Positions 57,950 through 64,000 of a stretch of 64,000 nt of DNA are shown here, in pieces. The notes beneath the pieces are model-generated. The model was not told the origin of the DNA and did no database searches. It saw nothing but the letters and a program-made list of their open reading frames with translations. Numbering within the stretch: position 1 is the first letter of the stretch; each line of letters opens with the position of its first letter. Source of the stretch: a bacterium (GTDB taxonomy: Bacteria > UBA8248); contig OZ241875.1 in the NCBI GenBank assembly GCA_965203325.1, positions 3,840,001 through 3,904,000 of the forward strand, given 5' to 3'. A program made the position numbers and the translations under genes.

Positions 57950-59224
57950 ATGCCCAGACCCTCATATCATCCCAACCCCATTCGCGGCGGCGGCAACGAC
58001 GCCTACACCGGCGTGGACCACGTGCTCACCGAGCCCTGGGAGGAGGAGGCGCACAACGTCCGCCTCGTCGCCCATTCGGACCTGAACGGCTGGGGCGACG
58101 CGTTCCAGATCCAGGTGGGCGGCGGCATCTGCTACGTCGCGGCCTCGGGCGTGAACGGCCACGACGGCATGACGATCCTGGACGTCAAAGATCCCGCGAA
58201 CCCCAAAATCATCAACCAGCTCGTCGACAGCCCCGCCGCGCGCACCCACAAGGTGCTCCGCATCAACGACGAGGTGCTGCTCACCAACTCCGAACTCAGG
58301 CCCGCCCTGCGCGACCAGTACCCAGACGCCATCGGCGGCCTGCGCATCTTCGACAACCGCGACCCGTTCGCGCCTAAGTTCGTGAACTACGTGGAAACGG
58401 ACGGCTTCGGCATCCACCGCCCGATCTATGACCGAAAGCGCCAGCTTCTCTACAGTTCGGGCTTCAAGGACGGCTACGCGGGCAAGGTGCTCCTGGTCCA
58501 CGACATGAAGGACCCCTGGGCGCCCGAGTTCATCGGCATGGGCCACGTCCCCGGCCAGAAAGACGGCGAAGAACCCTCCTGGGACCCCGAGATCGTAGGC
58601 GACGGCGGGTGGATCCACGAGGGGAACCCCTGGGGCAACTACGTGACGGCGGGCTATTGGGACGCCGGCATCGCGCTCTTCGACCTCACCGACCCGACGA
58701 AGCCCGAACTCATGTGGCGTCACAACCCGCACGAGACGCACGGCTGGGCGGGGTGTTACCACAGCTTCATCGTGCCGGAGGGTTCCGAGTTCGGCATCGT
58801 GACGCAGGAGACCACCACGGTGAACTGCGACGATCCGCCCGCTTTCGTGACCTTCTACGACTTGCGGAACATCCACGAGCCGCTGCCGGTGAGCACGTTC
58901 ATGCCTTATGAGATCGACCCGATCGAGATGCGGCCCCTCGATGACAAATGGAACAAGACGGGCTCGCGCCACGGCGCGCACAACATCTGGCTCGACATGA
59001 CGAAGGACGACCTCATGTACATCACCTGGTTCAACGCAGGGCTTCGCGTGGTGGACTGGTCGAACCCCTTCCGTCCCAAGGAGGTGGGCTACTACATCCC
59101 GGCCGGCACGAAGGAGCGCTGCTGCCCGCAGAGCAACGACGTGCAGGTGGACAAGGACACGGGCCTCATCTACATGGCCGACCGCTGGGGGCTGGGCCTC
59201 CACATCATGGAGTACACGGGCTAG
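57950..59224 (+). CDS. LVIVD-repeat beta-propeller protein
   Basis: Repeated ILDVKDP, IFDNRDP, LFDLTDP, VVDWSNP. Confidence 0.85.
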   Translation: MPRPSYHPNPIRGGGNDAYTGVDHVLTEPWEEEAHNVRLVAHSDLNGWGDAFQIQVGGGICYVAASGVNGHDGMTILDVKDPANPKIINQLVDSPAARTHKVLRINDEVLLTNSELRPALRDQYPDAIGGLRIFDNRDPFAPKFVNYVETDGFGIHRPIYDRKRQLLYSSGFKDGYAGKVLLVHDMKDPWAPEFIGMGHVPGQKDGEEPSWDPEIVGDGGWIHEGNPWGNYVTAGYWDAGIALFDLTDPTKPELMWRHNPHETHGWAGCYHSFIVPEGSEFGIVTQETTTVNCDDPPAFVTFYDLRNIHEPLPVSTFMPYEIDPIEMRPLDDKWNKTGSRHGAHNIWLDMTKDDLMYITWFNAGLRVVDWSNPFRPKEVGYYIPAGTKERCCPQSNDVQVDKDTGLIYMADRWGLGLHIMEYTG

Positions 59225-59318
59225 GGTGTTATATGGGCCTGCGCGGCGGTGCTTCGCGTGTAAGGCCTCGCCTTCACCTGATTAAGGACGCGGGCCAAAC
59301 CTTGATATTTGTTGGATG

Positions 59319-59368
59319 AAGGGCCGTGGCGCATGGGGTTTGGACCTCACGCCCGCGGCCCTTTTTTC
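59319..59368 (+). terminator. Probable intrinsic terminator
   Basis: aagggccgtggcg..cgcccgcggccc followed by a T run. Confidence 0.6.
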
Positions 59369-59551
59369 CCTCTTCCGGTGGTTGGGCGCAGATGCTAACG
59401 AGGATGCCTTGTAGACGCGGGTCGATTCCCCCGCACCGCCTCCACTAGTGCGACCTCCCCGGCCGCACAGCGGCTGTTCGTGGACGTTTCTTGCGTTTAG
59501 TGATGAGTGGGTCGAGTACGCAATGGTCGTCGGTTATTATTCATCTTTTTT

Positions 59552-61336
59552 CTAGACTGCTGAAGTTGGTCCCGGCCAAACATTGGCGACTATAACGGCT
59601 ATTTGTCTACTGCGAGCGGTAATAGTCTCTTCGTTCCATTCGACTTCTTTGTGTTCAGCCAACAGATTATGATTCATTAGCAGAACACTGTGCTCTTCAA
59701 GCGTTTTTCGTTTATGTTCCCAGCGGGCGTTTGACGCCGCAGAGTTCAGGCGTCTAGTGACCAAAGTCAGATTCCCGATGGTATGAACCAGTCGGTCACG
59801 ATTTTCACATGCTTCTTGTTTATTAATGTTTTGTGGAAGTGGCCAATGTGTTTCCCAACTTTGAGGGAGTATGTGCTCTATAGTCAGATTTTTAGGAACT
59901 TGTTGCTCTTCTGCATGGGAATTTTCGCGGAGTTTCCCTTCGATGCCTTCAAGTATCAATCTCAGTCGCCCTCTAGTCAGTAGCCGGTAAAGTGGTAGGT
60001 CACAGAGAGCAGATTCCAAGTCCTCATCTGTTGGCCACCGTCTGGACTCAGCATTTTGGCGACTCAAAAATTGGGCAACTATCTTATCGGCATTCTCTGG
60101 ATTAGATTTGTTTAGTTCGCGGACAAGATCGAGCGCCAGTCTGTTGTAGTCCTTGGTAGTATCCCGGCGCATCATTCTTCTAACCAGAAAACTCTCCAGC
60201 GCTTGTAAGGCACCGCAGCGAGCATTTTCTGGTTTGGCCAAGATACTTAAGAGGGCCGGAGTGAAAGCACCCATCTGCATAACACCGGCCCGATAGCGGA
60301 AGCTTTTTTCAACGGGGTGACGCGGTTTTTCTTCGAAATGGCGATAGTTCGACAAATCAGTTTTTAGCTCTGACAAGATAGCTTCAATTTTCTTTTTATC
60401 AGGTGCGATTTCTTGAAACGTCTTGAAGACCTCGCCTGCCGAAACGTCGTCAAACTTGTACATCTCGAGCCAATAATCCAACAATGCGTCGATGCGTGGC
60501 CTGAGCAGACGTCCTTGTCTTAAGTCTTCTCGCCACCAATCGTGGTCAAGTTCTCCCCAGATATTCTCCTTCTCCGCTTGAGCGGTTTTGGATATGATAT
60601 AGTTTTTGATCAGGTCGGATTCGAGGAGTGGTGTTCCACGGGCGTTGAGGGTCTCGAAGATTATGTGTGGGTCATCTTGAGAACTCAAATCAATTACCAC
60701 GGTCTGGAGCATTCCGGTTATCGCCGTTTCGAGCGCTTCCATACGGTCTGTGATTGACTCTGTTCCAGAGCCGAGCCAGTGATCGGCTTGTGATTTAAAG
60801 TATTCATGTGCCTTTACAATTAGGGAATTTTTGTAGTCGTTTGTAGCTAAATTATTATCCATAGCGTGCTTGAACGCTTGTTGGTCGTTCGTCGTCGGCC
60901 ATAGCTTGAAAATGTCATCATTATTTTGCGCCAAGTCTTTATCGTTGGTTACCAGTTTGGAAAGGCGGGTGGCTACGCCTCTTGCCTCATGTTTTTCGCA
61001 AACAAATTGAACTGCATCCAGCAATAGCTGGAGAGTTGTAAGACGTTGCTGACCATCTATTACTTTGCGCTGGTCGATATCTCGCACCGCGACGTTAACC
61101 TGCTGAACAACTACCGCGCCCAAGAAATGACGCTTAGTATTCTCTTCAGCAACAACTCTGTCGCCGTTTTCCTTCTCAAGTTGTTCTAGGTAATTGTCGG
61201 CAGTATTGCGTACGTCATTCCAAAGTGGTTCCCATTGCTCTTCTTGTGTCCAGACATATCGCCGCTGGAACGGCGGAACCATATATCGAATATCTTTTTG
61301 AAATAGCGCCTTAGGTGTCAGAATGTCAGTTTTCAA
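59552..61336 (-). CDS. GmrSD-like DUF262 + DUF1524 (HNH) modification-dependent restriction protein
   Basis: VPPFQRRYVW, IDGQQRLTT, FETLNARG, IEHILPQ..GNLTL..N; AT-rich relative to flanks. Confidence 0.9.
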   Translation of the reverse strand: MKTDILTPKALFQKDIRYMVPPFQRRYVWTQEEQWEPLWNDVRNTADNYLEQLEKENGDRVVAEENTKRHFLGAVVVQQVNVAVRDIDQRKVIDGQQRLTTLQLLLDAVQFVCEKHEARGVATRLSKLVTNDKDLAQNNDDIFKLWPTTNDQQAFKHAMDNNLATNDYKNSLIVKAHEYFKSQADHWLGSGTESITDRMEALETAITGMLQTVVIDLSSQDDPHIIFETLNARGTPLLESDLIKNYIISKTAQAEKENIWGELDHDWWREDLRQGRLLRPRIDALLDYWLEMYKFDDVSAGEVFKTFQEIAPDKKKIEAILSELKTDLSNYRHFEEKPRHPVEKSFRYRAGVMQMGAFTPALLSILAKPENARCGALQALESFLVRRMMRRDTTKDYNRLALDLVRELNKSNPENADKIVAQFLSRQNAESRRWPTDEDLESALCDLPLYRLLTRGRLRLILEGIEGKLRENSHAEEQQVPKNLTIEHILPQSWETHWPLPQNINKQEACENRDRLVHTIGNLTLVTRRLNSAASNARWEHKRKTLEEHSVLLMNHNLLAEHKEVEWNEETITARSRQIAVIVANVWPGPTSAV

Positions 61337-61830
61337 AATGTGGCTCCTTCTGGTGCTTATAAAGCTGAATGTTTCGAGGTTTTATGCACCGGATGCAAAG
61401 TAGTGGCTAGTTGTGTTCCCATACTGGCTGACTAAAATCAATGCCACCGGCGAGCCTCAACATTGTTGAACTTGACATATAGCAGTAAGGCTATTGAGCC
61501 TAGAAACTTCTTCTCTCATCCGGTGAGATGGCCCTTGGCCGAGAAAAACGACAGCTTACCTTCTGGGATTGAATGCAGCAATCTCCGGGACGAAATCCAT
61601 CCGGCGGTTATTAGTCCGTGTCATCGACCGGTTTCTCTGAGACTCCGGAAACTATTCCAGAAATCCGACTCTCGTGATCGGCGGAAACGATCATCAGTCC
61701 CCGTGAAAGGCGGACAGAGTACAGTCGAATCTGGGCTTGAACTGCCGGGCCGGTTCACCAATGAGTTTTCCCCCTCTCAAAATATGAAAGTGGCGGAAAC
61801 GGCGTCTGCTGGGGTATTCTCCCCGCACCT

Positions 61831-61916
61831 GCCCGGGTGGTGGAATGGTAGACACTAGGGACTTAAAATCCCTTGGCCGAGAGGCCGTGCCGGTTCGAGT
61901 CCGGCCCCGGGTACCA
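61831..61916 (+). tRNA. tRNA-Leu (anticodon UAA)
   Basis: Acceptor gcccggg/ccgggt, anticodon loop cTTAAaa, long variable arm, GGTTCGAGTCC, encoded CCA. Confidence 0.97.
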
Positions 61917-62031
61917 TGAATGGATTCTAAGTATTTGAAAATAAATATCTTATAGTCGTCTATCGTCGAAACAGCCTGTGCGGTGAGGCGTTCCGATCTT
62001 CATCGCGCCGGTTCCATCCGTTGAGGGAAAG

Positions 62032-63237
62032 ATGTCCGAATCGCAAGCCAAAGCGCCCTTGAGCGGTTTCCGGGTGCTGGATTTCACCCAGGTCGTCGCG
62101 GGCCCGTTCTGCGCCGCCATGCTGGCCGACATGGGCGCCGAGGTGGTGAAGATAGAGCGCCCCGGCTTCGGGGACGACACGCGCCGCATCACCCGCTACA
62201 AGGACCGCGAGGAGCACGAGGATTATTTCTACGCGAACAACCGCTCGAAAAAGAGCGTCGCCGTCAACATGAAGACCGATGCGGGCCGCGCCGCCGTGCG
62301 CGCCCTGGCGGGGAAGGCGGACGCGCTCATCGAGAACATGGCGCCCGGCAAGCTGGCCGAACTGGGCCTGGGCTTTGAGGACGCCCGCGCGGTGAATCCC
62401 AAAATCGTCTACTGCTCGCTCTCGGGCTTCGGGCAGAGCGGCCCCTACCGCGACCGGGTGGGGCTCGACCCGATCCTCCAGGCCGTCTCGGGCGTCATGA
62501 GCGTGACGGGCAACGAGGACCCCACCCAGATAGGCGCACCGCTCGCCGACGTGCTGGCGGGCATGTTTTCGGCCTACGCCATCGTGAGCGCGCTCCACGC
62601 GGTGGGCCGCGAGGGGGAGGGCCGCCATATCGACGTGAGCATGCAGGATGCCATGGTCGCCGCGCTGGGGCCGCGCATGGGCGAGACGCTCCAGGCGGGC
62701 ATGTCTCCGGGGCGGCACGGAAACGAGAACCCCATGCGCGTGCCCGCGAACACCTACCGCACGAGCGACGGGGAGTACGTGACCGTCATCGTGCAGCACG
62801 ACGGCTTCTGGCCGGGCTTTTGCCGCGCGCTGGGGGTGGAGGACTGGCTTGAAGACCCGCGTTTCTCGACCGCGCGGGCGCGCGTGGCGAACCGGGGCGC
62901 CATCAACGATCGGGTGTCGAAGATTTTCGCCTCGCGCACGATGGCCGAGTGGGAGCGGCGCCTCGAAGCCGAGCGCGTGGGCTTCTCCCCGGTGAACGAC
63001 TACGCACGCGCGCTTGCGGACCCCCAAGTCGCGCACCGGGGCCTCATCAAGCGCGTCGAGCACCCCGTCTCGGGGGAGATTCGCGTGGTGGGCGCGCCCT
63101 GGATCATGAGCGGCGCGCAGGCGGAGGTGAAGCCGCCGCCCCTGCTCGGTCAACACACGGCGGAGGTGCTTCGCGAATGGCTCGGCTGGCCGGAGGAGGA
63201 GGTTGAGCGCTTCATGGCGGGGGAGAGCGTGAGGTAG
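62032..63237 (+). CDS. CaiB/BaiF family III CoA transferase
   Basis: RVLDFTQVVAGPF, LADMGAEVVKIE, NRSKKS, PPLLGQHT. Confidence 0.93.
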   Translation: MSESQAKAPLSGFRVLDFTQVVAGPFCAAMLADMGAEVVKIERPGFGDDTRRITRYKDREEHEDYFYANNRSKKSVAVNMKTDAGRAAVRALAGKADALIENMAPGKLAELGLGFEDARAVNPKIVYCSLSGFGQSGPYRDRVGLDPILQAVSGVMSVTGNEDPTQIGAPLADVLAGMFSAYAIVSALHAVGREGEGRHIDVSMQDAMVAALGPRMGETLQAGMSPGRHGNENPMRVPANTYRTSDGEYVTVIVQHDGFWPGFCRALGVEDWLEDPRFSTARARVANRGAINDRVSKIFASRTMAEWERRLEAERVGFSPVNDYARALADPQVAHRGLIKRVEHPVSGEIRVVGAPWIMSGAQAEVKPPPLLGQHTAEVLREWLGWPEEEVERFMAGESVR

Positions 63238-63265
63238 GGGAGAGAAATAACAGCCCCTTGTTTTT

Positions 63266-63286
63266 TGATAGCATGATATGCTAGCA
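63266..63286. promoter_or_regulatory. Palindromic operator of the TA pair
   Basis: tgatagca-tgata-tgctagca upstream of the FitA-like gene. Confidence 0.6.
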
Positions 63287-63332
63287 TATATTCGATTGAT
63301 GTAAATTCTGAAGGTATAGAGGAGACCATGCG

Positions 63333-63590
63333 ATGAGCGCCACGATTACAGTCCGGAATATGGATGAAGGAGACAAAGCCTGGGTCAGGCGCGAGGCGCG
63401 ACGTCTCGGGGTCTCGATGGAGGAGTTCGTTCGCCGTCTCATACACGAGAGACGGGAGAAGTCCGAAAATCGCGCCAAGCCCTCCGAGATATTCAAGCGA
63501 TATTTTGGGCCTGAACACGGCGTAGAACTCCCGCCACGCGCCCGCTATGGCTATCGCCCGCTCGACCTGAGTAATGGGGAGGAAGCGTGA
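63333..63590 (+). CDS. FitA-like RHH antitoxin
   Basis: ATITVRNMDE..A...GVSMEE.VR.LI. Confidence 0.85.
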   Translation: MSATITVRNMDEGDKAWVRREARRLGVSMEEFVRRLIHERREKSENRAKPSEIFKRYFGPEHGVELPPRARYGYRPLDLSNGEEA

Positions 63591-64000
63591 GCGGGCCTTT
63601 TGTCTATTTGCTTGACACTAACGTCGTTTCGGAAATGATGCGTCCGAACCCGGAGCCTCGCGTTGCAACGTGTGTTGACGCAATTGCCGGAGAGGGAATC
63701 GCTCTCGCTTCCATCACCGTGTGGGAGATACTCGACGGCATCGGGCGTCTCCATCCGGGCCGACGCCGCGAGGAGCTTGCCGAGCGTTTTCAAGGGGTTC
63801 TCGAAGACCTCTTCGAGGATAGCGTACTCAATTGGGCTTTCAGCGACGCTCAGGCCTGCGCCCGGGTGATGGAGGAAAAACGCAGGCGGGGCGAATCGCT
63901 GGATGACCACCTGCCGGATGCCATGCTCGCCGGAATGGCCCTTGCTCGAGGGCTTACACTCATCACGCGAAACGAGAGAGATTTCCGCAATACCGGGGTC
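63587..64000 (+). CDS. vapC: VapC/FitB PIN-domain toxin, truncated by window end (not in ORF track)
   Basis: GTGA overlap; YLLDTNVVSEMMR, WEI, DAMLA, ITRNERDF. Confidence 0.9.
   Translation, partial: MSGPFVYLLDTNVVSEMMRPNPEPRVATCVDAIAGEGIALASITVWEILDGIGRLHPGRRREELAERFQGVLEDLFEDSVLNWAFSDAQACARVMEEKRRRGESLDDHLPDAMLAGMALARGLTLITRNERDFRNTGV

Noticed and set aside
59411..59447. Functional tmRNA or tRNA gene
   Set aside because: Only a damaged 3' fragment; no 5' half or tag reading frame recognised

Overview
The window has two parts. Bases ~1-31,700 are the decayed end of a conjugative or integrative element that has become a defence island. It opens with a leading-region-like block: a small acidic ORF, ssb, DUF4326, DUF2493, two long ssDNA-promoter-like hairpins, palindromic operators and an RHH gene. 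Next come a nuclease-STAND (Avs-like) protein, a complete Bil-type ubiquitin-like operon (Ubl, CEHH-E2, JAB, E1), a STAS-like/wHTH protein fused to a DinJ antitoxin tail in front of yafQ, a SIR2-STAND-TPR protein, three PD-(D/E)xK-like nucleases, IS256, IS3 and IS1111-type remnants, an FN3/Calx-beta autotransporter, and paired tyrosine-recombinase sites beside a truncated Cre-like recombinase. A conserved ~120-160 bp noncoding element recurs four times between modules. Bases ~31,900-64,000 are mostly core high-GC metabolism: prpE, an AtuA/acyl-CoA cluster, a peptide-type ABC transporter, a form II Cox-like molybdoenzyme, an aldo/keto reductase and a CoA transferase. This half also holds an intact IS256, a GmrSD-type islet, tRNA-Leu(UAA) and a FitAB/VapBC pair cut by the window edge. 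The strongest novelty candidates are the STAS-wHTH-DinJ/YafQ module divergent from Bil, the transposase-free inverted IS1111-type RNA-encoding ends around a nuclease, and the repeated module-boundary element. All family calls come from motif recognition by eye; no database searches were run.
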